Assembly (NCBI GenBank): GCA_000708835.1
Contig: DF237173.1
Span: forward strand, 1 to 64,000
Direction: 5' to 3'
DNA length: 64,000 nucleotides
Source: Klebsormidium nitens
Lineage: Eukaryota > Plantae > Klebsormidiophyceae
The position numbers and the translations under genes were made by a program. Positions 39,489 to 52,200 of the stretch are shown here, piece after piece. Each line of letters starts with the position of its first letter. Within the stretch, counting starts at the first letter, position 1. The notes below the pieces were generated by a model. That model was not told where the DNA came from, made no database searches, and saw nothing but the letters and a program-made list of their open reading frames with translations.

Positions 39489-41435
39489 ATGTCACCAGAA
39501 CTTAACTTGCACCACCAGCAGAAGCATAAGTGGCAACAAGTGGCGGGGGTCCCCGGGCTTTGGTTGTGTCCCAATTTTCTAAGGGGCGATCGACAAGAGA
39601 AGCTCCTGAAGGACATCTTAGCAGGTACAATTGCTAAACAGGAGCTCTATATCTGTGATGTGAATAGAAGCTGCTGGGGCCAATCTGCGAATGACTTGCC
39701 AACGTGCGCATGGATTAAAGCACCACCTTCCACATTACAAGAGTCCATTGATGCTAAGCCCATGGCCAGATTGAAGGAACTGTTTGTTTGTTGTCAAAAG
39801 AAGTTTCACTTTGACATTGAGGTGGTCTGCAGTGGATTCTGACTTTTTCTTGTGAGCAACTTGAAGGCCATAGTTCAAATGAGATTCATGATGCCTTGGC
39901 ACCAGATGACATCTGCCTTGGATTAACATCGTAATGTGTCTGTGAAATTGGTGCAGAGGGCTGGTTTGAAACGCCGGTCCACAATCAAGTGAGTAAAAAT
40001 CTGGAAGTGAAACCAAGCCGCGTGTCAAGGAACAGAACTTTCAGGGACATCACAATCATCAATGATCATCTTCTGATACTGTTTCTTTCACTTACTCCAC
40101 CACTTTCTCATCACGCCGTCGCATCCTTCATTGTCAGATCAAACCACTAGAAACCCAGGGAGCAGGAATCTTTTAGGTCAAGAATCTATGGTCTGCTCTC
40201 ATGTAACGTCCTAGTGTGCTGGACCTCCTCCCTGCTTGTCAGGCGATGCGCTTTGGTGACCTCCCTGCCTGGGCGGAAGCCCTTAGCAAAGACATCCACC
40301 AGTCCGTAATACACTTCGCTGGGTCTTTGGATATCGACACCCCAGACTCCGAGACTCCGCTCACTCCCCCTCTTCTCTGGCGGGAACCGCTCTTTGACCA
40401 GATGATCGTCAACAGTTACCAGCCTGGGGAGGTGAGTCTGCGTCCAGCCATTGAGCTCTTGATTTTGGGCCGTTTATTCTGTGTTCGAGACCACTCCGAC
40501 TTTCTGGCATCCGAAGTCCTAAGTTTTTCTGCTTTTGAAATGAGACCAAGCTCGGACTGTTCGCAATGACAAGGACCTTCAGGTGACCTGAAAGTGGCCC
40601 TTAGTTTGCACTATGTTTTAAAATCACCTGAGATCGTTACCCCCGTTCATCGACCGGGAAAGCGAGGCTCTGAGCATTTCCTGTCACAACTTTTCCTTCT
40701 TAGGAGAGATCTGGAACCTCTCGTCTGCAGGGCATCTCATCGCATGTCGACCTCGCCCGTTTTGAGGACGGGATTGCCATCGTCTCGCTCGGTCGGGAAG
40801 AGGTGATGGAGTTCCACCCCGTGCGCGCTGAACAAGACTCAGCGAAGTCAGGGCTCAAGCAAGCTAGCGAAGCGGAGTCCTCTGCCACGAGGCAAAGCAA
40901 GCGCGTAAAGTATTGTAGGGAGTCGGAGACGGAGTCCAGGGCAGACGAAGCTCGTCGAGATAGTGCCGAGCTTTTTCACACCGGCTGCAATCAGAGACGC
41001 GGGAGTGAACCGTTTGTCGGTCGGAGTGTAAGTCCAAGCACAGGACAAAATGGCACCACAGATGTGGACGGTGAGCTAAGCAACAAGGCAGGTTGCTTGC
41101 ACAGACAACGTAGCGCAGAAGGTCATAAAGCGCCGATTCGGGTGAGCGACAGTGAAGCAACCATCGCTGAAAGGGGCCAGTCCGAAAGTCACGACAACGG
41201 CCAAATTTCACCGAGTATAGCTGAAGCCACTGAGATGCATAAGTTATCTGGCAGATCTAATGATGGAGTACAGAGGCTGGTGCTCTCTCCAGGAAGTCTG
41301 CTGCTAATGTCAGGCGAAGCTCGATACAACTGGAAGCACGGCATTCCAGGTCGTACAGAGATCGACAAGACCTTGCAAACATCGGACAAGGTGCGCATAA
41401 GCGTGACTCTGAGACGGCTGTGTCAGACGAGCTAG
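39489..41435 (+). CDS. AlkB-family 2OG-Fe(II) dioxygenase (plant ALKBH8B/At4g02485-like); start codon uncertain
   Basis: VPGLWLCPNFL | EGWF...NQ | AMRFGDLP...REPLFDQMIVNSYQPGE | GISSHVDLARFEDGIAIVSL (HxD) ... LSPGSLLLMSGEARYNWKHGI (H) ... RISVTLRR. Confidence 0.85.
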
Positions 41436-42426
41436 GCGTACGCAACGTGTTGATCCTGCACTTTGAATCTGTCATGCATTTGCGCTTCTTCCATGACCTC
41501 AATGTCGATGTGCATGTTGGCAACGCATGCAATGCTCGGGTCGATCCGTCAATTTTAGCTATCATGTGGCACTGACAACTCAATCAATATGCGGTCTGGC
41601 CGCGATCATGTTCGTCTAGCTGCAGCTAGCCTCCGATCGACCCATGGTTCACTAAGAAATATATATAGATTCAAGAGGTTGGTCTGCATGATCCGAGGAG
41701 ATTCCTAGCTAAGTACGATAAGTCATGGACGTGTGCACTGCAGCGTATTTAAAGTACGCACTGCCTGGGCGCTGGCACGTTTGTTCAAATTAGTTTTGCA
41801 GATTAATACCAATCAATGCAGTGCTTTGAATCATGCATAACATAGGCCTTTTTGCGACCCATGGCATATGTCCAATTGCCATGGGTCATTGGCCCGGCGT
41901 GCGCACGTGCACATGCCGGCGTTGAACATTTCATAGCTGTAGCTTGGATCAAGTTATATCACAAACCGCGGCACGCACCGCGTATGTGGCTCATGGGTCA
42001 TAGCTGCATCACAAAAGATCTGCATCATGCCATGCACCATGATTGATATTATTATTAAACACAAAACAGAGAACTATCTATCAAGAAAGTACACAGGGCT
42101 GCACGCATGATTCTGTGAACAACCAAGTAGATACACACCTGTCTTTGGATCACGTGCTCTTGCCCCTTGGCAACAAAAAGCGTGCGTTCATTGTGCCGCC
42201 CAATTCGGGGATTCGCTTCCCTTTCTAGAAACCTTGTCTAACACGAGCATACCTCGATCAACCCGATCCAACCCAAGTCCCCTGGTGCAAGTTTTCAGTC
42301 TCCAACTCCATTCTACAACGGAAGTCTTGCTGGTTTCGTCCCCTCTCAAGCCAACAAGAGGGGCCCATGTGTTCGACAAACGCATCATGAGTCTCGACAA
42401 CAACGTTCCGATCAGATTTGGCCGCT

Positions 42427-45400
42427 TTAAGAAGCGGCCGCTCTCCGGAGACGAGCTCCAAAAGCCCCGTCGATGCCGTCTCGGAAGGGCAACGTCGCAT
42501 AGAAGCCCCTTGCTGTGACGGCTTGAATCGGTACATAAGGTGTTGCCGACTCAATTGAAAACTCCTGCGCGATCGAACGGGACTGTCAGACTCAAACTCC
42601 GGACTCGACAATCTGCAATAGAAACCCAGTAAGAGTGGACACAGTAACACTCATGTGCCTAGCAGAACTTTGCAATGTTAACGCGTTTCGAGATTGACGC
42701 GATGCGCTTTAGGCGCTTACATACAGAGCAGACTAGTATTCCCTGTCTTTCCGCTTCTTAGCTTCTCGAAAGCCGGAAGTTTCCCTTACTCTTGCTTTGT
42801 AGCAGGCAGCAAGCAGGCAGCAGACCCCAGCCCGCCCATGAGACTAGACTTGTGGCTGTTATAGTGGGTACCCATTTTCGGCAAGTCGGTTAGGCTGCTA
42901 TAACGAAGCCACGTGAACAGGCCATTTTGCACAGCTTTTGCGTATGTCCACCATTTCTATTGATTCTTTTTGCTTGCAAGACCTCAGAACAGCTGAAAAG
43001 AAGGTCTTGTGAGCTTTGGAACCACCACTTTAGAGCATAAAGTGGAGGAAGAGCGGGAACAAAGCCGCCATGGTTGCGCAGCTAAACAATAGCCGTTCGA
43101 TCGTCCAGCTGGCAGGCTTACCTTCCATCGCCGGAGCTCAAAAGTTGGGACTTGTCAAAGTTAGGTACCCGGTATAACAGCCACGAGAGAAACGACGATG
43201 CTGAGGATATCAAAAGCCAAGAGGATCAAGAAGACCCATCACACATGTATGTTTGTGGAGGGAAAACTCTCACGAGACGGAAAAGCAAGAAGAAAGGAAA
43301 TGGAGACGCCTTGTGTTGGTGTCTTACAAACAGCTGCCTCAAGCTCCCGCTGACGCCTGTCAATTGTCAAAATAACGAGATTGCAGAGCAGCATTCACCT
43401 GGTGTCGCTCCAGAAAGACCTCCACCATGAGTGCACGTTCACCAAAAAGGTGCCACGAAAGCACACAATCAAGAAGAATCGACACCTCAGAAAAGCTGAA
43501 CAAAGCTCACCGGGTGTCTCTCCAGGAAGGCCTCCACTTGCATCTCGTTCTCCTCGGGCTCGACGGAGCAGGTGGAGTAGACGAGCAGGCCGCCCGGCTT
43601 GACGAACGCGACCGCCGCGTCCAGCAGCTCCGCCTGCAACTTCACCAGCTCCTCCAGGTTGGCCTGGCTCTTGCGCCACCGCAGGTCCGCACGCTGCGGG
43701 GAGAACATCAGAAGAACAATCAGTCAAAGAGACGGAAGCATTATGCACGTGCGCTGAAAGGTTGCCCAGCTCGTCCAGGTGCGCCTGGCTCTTGCGCCAC
43801 TGCAAATCCGCACGCTGCGACGGACCGCGATAGAGCCACGTCAGCCCTTTCAACAGCATCCCCGGCCCCCGTCCCAAACTTACTGATTCTCCTTGACCCC
43901 GCTCAGGCAGGATGGTCAGTGGTGATATTGTGATATTGGCGACTAAGATTTGGAACTTTTGAACTCACCCGTGCGACGACCCCCAGGCCTGTGCATGGCG
44001 CATCCACCAGAACCTTGTCCGCAAGCCGCGGCCGGTTGCGCTGCAGAAAGGAAGCAAGACACGTTCGTTATTTCATCACAGCAGCTTATTGAAAATTTGA
44101 GTTCAGCAGATCACGGTAGTGGCTTGAAAGACTGGCAGCTTCGACAAGGAGCGCTGTATCGTTACTTGTGTACTCTTCCAGAACCAGGTATTCTCCGACT
44201 TTATTAAACAACGTATTCAAAAAATGGCTATGCTCCAGAAAATTAAGGGAAAGGGTTCTCTCGACTTCCAATCAGTGGTACCCGCAGCCAGGGCTATTTT
44301 TTTGCACACTGCAGCATCTTCGGACGGCCGTCGACGAACGGCGACTTCTCTACATCAGCACAAGCCCTCAAGCACTGCATCCAACCAGCCTGGCGCACAC
44401 TAGATATTCTTTTCTGGCGGTATTCACTGCATCAAAGCCCTCCCTTGGTACGACTACCCACTGCTAGAACGACGAACTAGTCGGCCGGTGTCGCCGCTAT
44501 GACAATGAATGTCTCTGCAGGGACAGCTACTGGAGCGCAGAAGTGTCTGCACGAAGTCCGCTGTTTCCCAGTGCACTTTCTGAGCCCAAATCCGATTGGT
44601 ACCGAAAGGGGCTTACCGCGAGGTAGCGGAGGTCCCCGGCCCCCGTCTCGATCACGTTGTCGAGTCCCATCTTCTTCGAAACCTCCGTCAGCTTCTGTAA
44701 CCGCGCCGCATGGATGTCGAGCGCCAAAACGGACCCTGCACGGATTTAACGTGAATCTGCTTGTCTGCCCGCCTGATATTGCCACGTGTTGTTTTCTTAA
44801 TGCCAGTGGCATACCTCCCTGCACATCAATTACGACCTGCAGTCGCCCTATTCATGGGCACCACACAAGCGGTCCCGTCTTCGGCCAAGCCGACCATACT
44901 TACCAACCGTTCTGCAGGCGAAGCTAAACCTTATAAAGCCCCAAGAGCCTAGCTGCGGATCGACGTCTTTGAACGCCTCACCTTCTCCATTCAGCCTTTC
45001 CGCGGCATTGAACGTCTTCCCCCCCGGTGCAGCACACGTGTCGATGATGAAGTCCCCTGGCGTCGGGTCGAGCAAGTTGACGACCAGACCTGTAGAGAAG
45101 GGCTCAGTATTTTATGCGACTTGCAGCTTTCCAGTTGGTTCCGAAGGGCCGAGTTAAAATTTACCCTTCAAGGGTCGATGCAACGAGTCGTTGGTAAGCT
45201 GCCTGTGCAAAGGGCGGTCTACCAATTCCTGACACTCGTCCTCGTCGACTTGCGAAACGGGCACAACTGGCACAGATACGATTCACCGCCAGTGTTCTTG
45301 TCGTAACCTCGCCCACGCTGCCGAGCTCTTGCTCTTTGAATTGCACAAAAATCTTCCAAAACGGACCAGCAACGCCAGCCCACGCGGCCTCAGACCCACC

Positions 45401-48400
45401 TCGCATGGCCCCAGCCTCGAGAGAAGGCCCATGCTCGAAAATAGTGTACGAGTTGAAACACAAGGCCAGCAAATGATATGTTTAAAACGAAAGGTCCGTC
45501 GGCTCACCGGCACTCTCATCCTGAACCGAGCAGAGGCCTTCGTCCAGCAACTCGCGGATAGCCTGTACGGAAATGGGAAACGCCATGAGGAGCAGCTGAG
45601 CAGTAACGGGCAGGAATTTGCACCCTTCGTCCACTTACCAGGTTGGCAGCGTCCAACAGATTTAGGCACCTTCCTAACTACTTCGACAGAATATACACAT
45701 ATACAGTGACCGAGTGCATCTTGGTCCTTTCTACCGTATGCGCACAGGGCTCGGTGATGGCCAACGAGACACGTGACGGCTAGGAAGAAAGTAGCGTGTG
45801 CTGGGGTTGAAAGTACGTCTCACCTGCATCCCGTTCTGTACTCGCAGGACGTTGGGAAGGTAGGGCGATTCAACATACTCCACCTGCAGAAGACAGCAGC
45901 ATAACTGACTCACCGACCAGACATGGCCTCACGCCTTTCCAAGCGGAGATGGACGAACTGTTAATAGGCTGTACATGGCAGTGCAAGCAATCGGGAAGAG
46001 AGTAGGAATACCCATAAGAGAGCCTTCTCCCGGGAGCATTCGGAGGGATTGCCAGCCGTAGAGAAAAGTAGAACACTTCTGGAAGCGACATATAAGGAAG
46101 TGAACCTTAGCTCGCTCCAGCCATAACACGCAACCAGGACTGCATGAAGCATAAGAAAAGAAGGCAAATTTGGTTGATTGGAAGTAGAAGACCAAGACTT
46201 GTTCCAGTACAAATGGCAAAACATCACACCTTCTTATTTGCCTTAGCGAGCTTCTCTAGCTCCTCTTTGAAACCGTCGAGTGTGGTGCCCCTCGCAACAC
46301 TTGGCCTGCAAACATACATATATTTTGGTCAGCAGCTGCCAAGAATTGCAAAGAATCTCGGCATGAGGGAATGACAACCAAAATACTAGCCACGTGGTAC
46401 ATATCTAGCGCACAGAGAATCAGCACGTTCATTCTGTTTGCCAGCACGCCAATCTAGCTGAGTTGAAGGACGTGCAAGCTTGGGATCAAAATTCGTTCGA
46501 GCGCTGCAGCCCTTATTGGCGGTGAACGATGCGCCAGCTCATAAAACCTGTTGATCAGAGGCGTCAAGCGGAGGTGGGCGAGCGCTCAGTGGTGCAAGTA
46601 AGGGGGAGACAACACATTCATAGATTAGTGAAAGCGCTTCGACCAAGGCTCACCTCACACCAAAGGCGGGGACCGCATTATTCCACTTCAGAAACTGGAT
46701 GGCGTGCTCCTCCCCATACCTCTCAAGCCACCTTTCTACGATCCACTGGAACAGACACAAACGCATCGTTCAAACGGCAACGCATAATTGATTGTTGCAA
46801 GTTTGACCAGAGACATCTTTCAAGAACGAGCAGAGCCAATAGACGAATTGACGGCCCCATATCCGTCCCACTCCTCGGATGTGCCTGTCCCCCAATCACC
46901 AATGGAAAGTCTGATGGCGTAAAACCAGACGACTGATAGACTCCTACTTATCCGCACTTCACGAAACAGGATCACCAGCCAAACAATGTCGACAACATCA
47001 CTATTATTCCAAGACATGCTCACCGTTGGCTGCGAGTGCATGATCCCGAGCACATCCGCGTTTGTGACCTTCCCCCCGGCCTTAGGTTCCGGCAGCGTCC
47101 CCGCCTCCTTCATCTGTGTCACTTGCCTGAGGACATAATTCACAAACTTGGCCGCGTTGTCTCCACCTCCCTTGATGTACTTAGTCAGCTGAACCATCTC
47201 GTTGACCACATGAGAAGGCTGCCCCAGTTTCAGCACCTCGCAGGCCCCAAGCCTGAGGAGTTGCTTCATTGCGCCCTTGACCTTCTGCTTCTTGCCCTCC
47301 CGCTCAAAGACACTTTCAATGACAAAGTCCAAGTAGCGCCGCCACTTGGTGGTTGACGAGACAAGCTCGGTGACCTGGCGCAGGTCGGCCTTAGAGAGTG
47401 GTTCAATCTTAAGCCCCAGCGACTTCTCAACGACGCGCAGGCTGACTTGCTGGCCATTGCGGTCCAGCAGGCTTGCGTAGGCGGCGTCGTTCTCAATGCG
47501 CAGCAGGTGCAAGAGTGCAACTGGAAAAAGAGAATGAGAGGTATGCTTGAATAGCTACCCCTAAATCCTACTAACCATCCACTGGGACAGCGGAAGGCTT
47601 TTGCTGATAAAAAGTAGATATGCTTGAGGCGTGAGCTTATGCTTGGGTGATCAGAAGGAAGGCAACACTTCAACCGTTACCAATAGAAAGCAAGGAGGTT
47701 AGCAGAATGCACGGAAAACCTGAGCCTATGTAGTCAACAAAGCATACGTACTGGCTCCACTCGATATAGGGCCATAGGGCCCAATACCATACAGGAATGA
47801 GTTCTGACACCAATGCATCGAAGTTGTGGTTGTCAAGCTCCAGCAGTGGAATGGCCACATTCACGGAGATGCGACTTACATTCTCCTCATTCTTTCTGTT
47901 CAAAGCAGGCATAGATACAAAGGACGAAGGACACAGAGCACATCTGCTTTAGCAAGAGACAGCACCTCACGACCACCCTGCATCAAAGAGATTCACCTCC
48001 AGCCACACTGCCTCACATTCATTTTCTCACATTGTGAGCCACATTCTCAATACTCACCGGCTCTCTTCGTGGACACCTTCAATCTTTTTGCATCTTGCGC
48101 ATACACACGCTTCTTCTGACCACCCTGCTTTGCGTCCACAGGCTCTGACTCCGCCTGATCATCAACCCTGGATGTCGCAACCCCCTCAGGAAGCTCCTCT
48201 GTATCCACTATACCTGCTCCGCCGGTTAATCTACCGTCCGCAGGATTAGACTTTCGGGGTCTTCCTCTCTGTCTTTTTGATGCAGGGTTTGCCTCTGCCT
48301 CAGCAGACGCAGCTCCCTCCACAGAAGCAGCATTCTGTGCTCCAGTCTCAGCCCCCTCTTTCTTGGCCTGCCGCCTCCGTCTGACAGGCTTTGTGTCTGG

Positions 48401-48673
48401 GGTCGCCAGAACGGGCTCTTCTGATGTCGATACATCCTTTTCAATTGCTTCCGTGGTGTCCGTCACTGCAGAAGCAAGAATGGATCGACTGGCACAGCGC
48501 TTGGCCAACTCCTTTGAAAAAGACCATCTACTTTGCGAATGTGGTAGCAGAGGGCAACTTTTGGTAAACCCAAGCCTGCGGAAATTCTGCAGGGCATCAC
48601 CTTCGTGGAGAGGTTTCTGACACGCCCATCTGCTGCAACAGGCAGACAAGGAGGGGGCTATGACCGACGTCAT
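42427..48673 (-). CDS. rsmB: Plastid RsmB/Sun-type rRNA m5C methyltransferase with NusB-like domain
   Basis: NusB-like exon (ELVSSTTKWRRYLD...LLRLGA...VNEMV...VNYVLR); EGLCSVQDESAG; IIDTCAAPGGKT; ALDIHAARL; RADLRWRK...QAELL...VKPGGLLVYSTCSVEPEEN (exon 43693-43511); last exon ends DGAFGARLRRAAAS*. Long transit-peptide-like N-terminus. Confidence 0.9.
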
Positions 48674-49282
48674 GCTTTCCTCCCCAGCGCCCTTGGTCGC
48701 TCAACTGCGGAGCTCCTTTCCAAATCCAATCAACACATTCTGACGAGTGCGACCGCCATCCCCTGCATGCCAACTTCCTCTTTCAAATTTAATGCTGTTC
48801 AAAGCTCAAGCCTAAGGACTCAGGAGATTGGTGCCAGAAACTTCAACACCGCTAAACTTTCTGACGTGACAGCTAAGTTCTTGTTCCTGGACCCGCGATC
48901 GTGGATTCAATCTTGAAGGTGCAATTCAAACCGTCCGATCAGAGCGTTCTGACACGGAGCCGGCGGGAGCAGGCTGGTTCGTGAACAGACTGCTGCCTGC
49001 AGACTGCAGGTCGATGTTTTGCAGGTGGCCCTGGTGGGCCGAAGATCTTGCAGGTAGACTCGCCAAAGGAAGATCAGGATCCATGGTGCGCCTTCAGGTT
49101 CCAGCGTCTCTTGCTTTGTGCTGTTCGTGATGCACCTCAAGAGACCCTGCACTCCACTTTTGTTCTCACAAGCTGCGGTTCCTGTGGGGAGCCAAACCAG
49201 GCCCTGCATTGGTGATGACGTGACAAACGCGGGAGACAAAGCCCTCCCAAAGTGCTAGATCTGCCTCTCGCCCCAAGCAGGG

Positions 49283-52200
49283 ATGGAGCCAGACGATGAT
49301 GGCGAGTTTGAACAACTCTTGGGGGAGATTCCCAGGGCAACTTCTGCTCCACCACATCTGGAAGAGCTGCAGAAGGCGTATGGGGGCCAGCTGGACGATC
49401 CTCTCCTGCTCATGAGGCCTGATGAGAGTCCTGTCGTGAACCCCAACATCGACATCCGCTCTGACGAGCTGTACGACACCTTCTACCGCTCGTACTCTGG
49501 GACAAAGAAGCTGCCCCCGCCGTTACCCCTTGAGGACGCGCGGCGAGGGGAGACCAGTGGCTTGTCTCCCAGGGGTCTGCAACCCCAGCTCTCCCCCTTC
49601 TACAGCGGCCTAGATCTGGACAGCCCTCGCTTTGTGAGGTCCCACTTGAGCCAGCATGGCGGGCCCTCCCCGCAGCACCTCCCGCAACATTATCACTCGC
49701 CGCACCATCCGCCGCCCTCCCATCACCAGAGGAGGCACTCTCAGGAGCATCTAGACTCAGTACATGGCCATGGCCACCGACGGCACTCCTCCCAGGGGTT
49801 CCTTGACAGGGACCTCTCCCTCGTCTCATCCTTTGGGGGTTTGAGCATGGACGAGGGGGGGTCCAGCAGATCTGGGGGCGGCACCGGGGACTCCATCACG
49901 TCCGGGGGGGGTGCAAGCCCGGGAGACGATAGCCGACTGAAGTTGCAGCAGTTGCGGCGCTCGTACGATGCAATGGACGGGGGTTATCAGGAGGGGTTTG
50001 CCAAGAACGGCGGCGGGGGGCTCAGTTCCTTCGGATCTGCGTCCTCGCTGGACGGTTACATCAGCAGGGCTTCCCTGGGGGGCTTGGACGGGCTAGGAAA
50101 GCGGGTTCCGGCTGCTGATCATGGTTTTTCGCAGCGCTCCGCGTCGGTGGAGAGCTTCCAGGGGGGCGGTTCTCTAGAGCAGCTCTTGCGCACCCGCAGC
50201 TCTCCTGTCTATGACAATGCGGGATACAGCCGCTCAGGAAAGGCGTCGTCTTCGTCCTTGGAAGGGTACCCTGGCTCAGGCAATCTGGACGCTTATGTCA
50301 GCAGGCTGAATGGAGCCGCAGATCTGTATGCCCCCCAGGTGCCGCCGGCTTATTTAAGCGAGTACGACGTGGCCGCGTTCTTACAAACGCAGCAGCAGAT
50401 GCAGAAGGCGGTGCTTCAGACGCAGCGGCTGCAGCAGCAGATGGAGGAGGAGCGCTTACGTCACCGCTTACAGCAGCAGCAGTTGCTGTTGCAGCAGCAG
50501 GCGCTTGCGGCGGCGGCGGTCCAGCAGCAGCGCTTCCACCAGAGCCAGATGGAGGCCGCCGCGGCGGCGGGGATGCCCTACGCCCGCAGCTACTCCCCCC
50601 CGCAGCGAATGCCGTCCCCGCTGCACACCCCCCCCCTGCACAAGGTGCGCAGCGGCGGCGGCGAGGCTGGCTGGAGCGGCCTCGAGCGCGCAGGCAGCAT
50701 TTGCAAGTATTATTTGCAGGGGTACTGCAGCAGGGGGGACGGGTGCCCGTTCGTGCATGCCGAGCCAAAGAAGGAGCAACGGGGGGCGCCGGCGATGCCA
50801 CATTCTCGGGAGGAGCCGCGATACCGGTACGGGGGGGAGAAGGGCATCCCGCGGCCGGCGAGCCGGGAGCGGTTGGTCGGGAATGGGAGCAACGGCCACC
50901 ACCATCACGGCGGGGGGGAGCACCACCTGAAGGCCTCCCCTGCCGTGCACCCCCCCCTGGCGAAATACACGTCGCTCGCGGAGGTCGAGGGCAAGATCTA
51001 CCAGATCGCCAAGGACCAGCACGGATGCCGCTTCCTGCAGAAGCAGTTTGACGAGGGGGGCCCGGGCGAGGTCGAGAAGATCTTCCGGGAGATCATTGTC
51101 CATGTGGTCGAGCTGATGACGGACCCGTTTGGCAACTATCTGATCCAGAAGCTGCTCGAGTGCTGCAACCAGGAGCAGCGGCAGGCGGTGCTGGACCGGG
51201 TCATCGCGGCCAAGGAACTTGTGTCCATCTCGCTCAATATGCACGGGTGAGCCGGCGGTGCATCCTACTGTCTCCTTCTGTTTTTTAATCTTAGCCTGCT
51301 CACTTTTTGCTGAGAAAACTGCGTTTGTGTGGTGGTACTGCCGTGTCTCTGGAACCCCTGCTTGAGTGTACTCGGTTGCTCAAGCTGTTTGTTTCAGGCG
51401 CCCCATTGCAAAGCCTCCAACTTTCTAGTACCTCTGTAAGTAAGTTTCCTCCTTCTTATTCACATGTTAAGAACCTTCTCTCACTTTGAGGCGCCACTCT
51501 TTCGCACATTCGCCCTGCTTTTCGCAAGCAAGGGTCGGTTGTTTGGTACATCCTTGAAACTTTTTGTTGACGTGTTCTCGGGTCTGCATTGCTCTCGCTT
51601 TTCTGCCAACTTCTCAGCCACCGCAGAGTCTGCCAGCGCTTGTCAAACGTGACCCTTGTTATCGTGGCTACACTATTTTGGTGGTCGCATGGTCTCTGCT
51701 TGGATTGCACACTGGCTGTGCAAGCAGAGGAAAAGGTTTTCAGTCATGTCCTGAGGTTGGAAAGATCAAGACAGGTCTTATGAGCATTGCTCTCTACAGG
51801 TATCAAAGAGCTGTGAACTCCTGCATCAGTCTGGACACTGGCTTTGTTCGGCCTATGTTGGCTGCATTTCTTCATCTGGCCTTGTACTCCTGCTCTACCC
51901 GCCTTGGAACGATGTACCATGGCACAAGCATGCTGAGTGGCCCAGGCAAACATATTCCTGTCCTGTTTTCATTGGCTTCACTGAACAAGGTCTTACCTTG
52001 ACAGTATCGTGATGCAGAAATGCACATCTGCCAGGTCCTGCTCTGCTTGTGGCTGTACAATGGGGAATAACATGATAACGGATGAGGCTGCATATTGCTT
52101 ATTCCATTGTTGATGACTCTGTGACCTTTTTCTGATCAGTGGCACTTTAAAGGCTCAGCCAGTCCCCATACATCTCAGGTCAGGATCTATCCTTATCCTG

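Noticed and set aside
50298-51244. Long antisense and alternate-frame ORFs (258, 167, 141 aa) over Pumilio exon 1
   Set aside because: Shadow ORFs expected from GC-rich coding sequence; no recognisable motifs.
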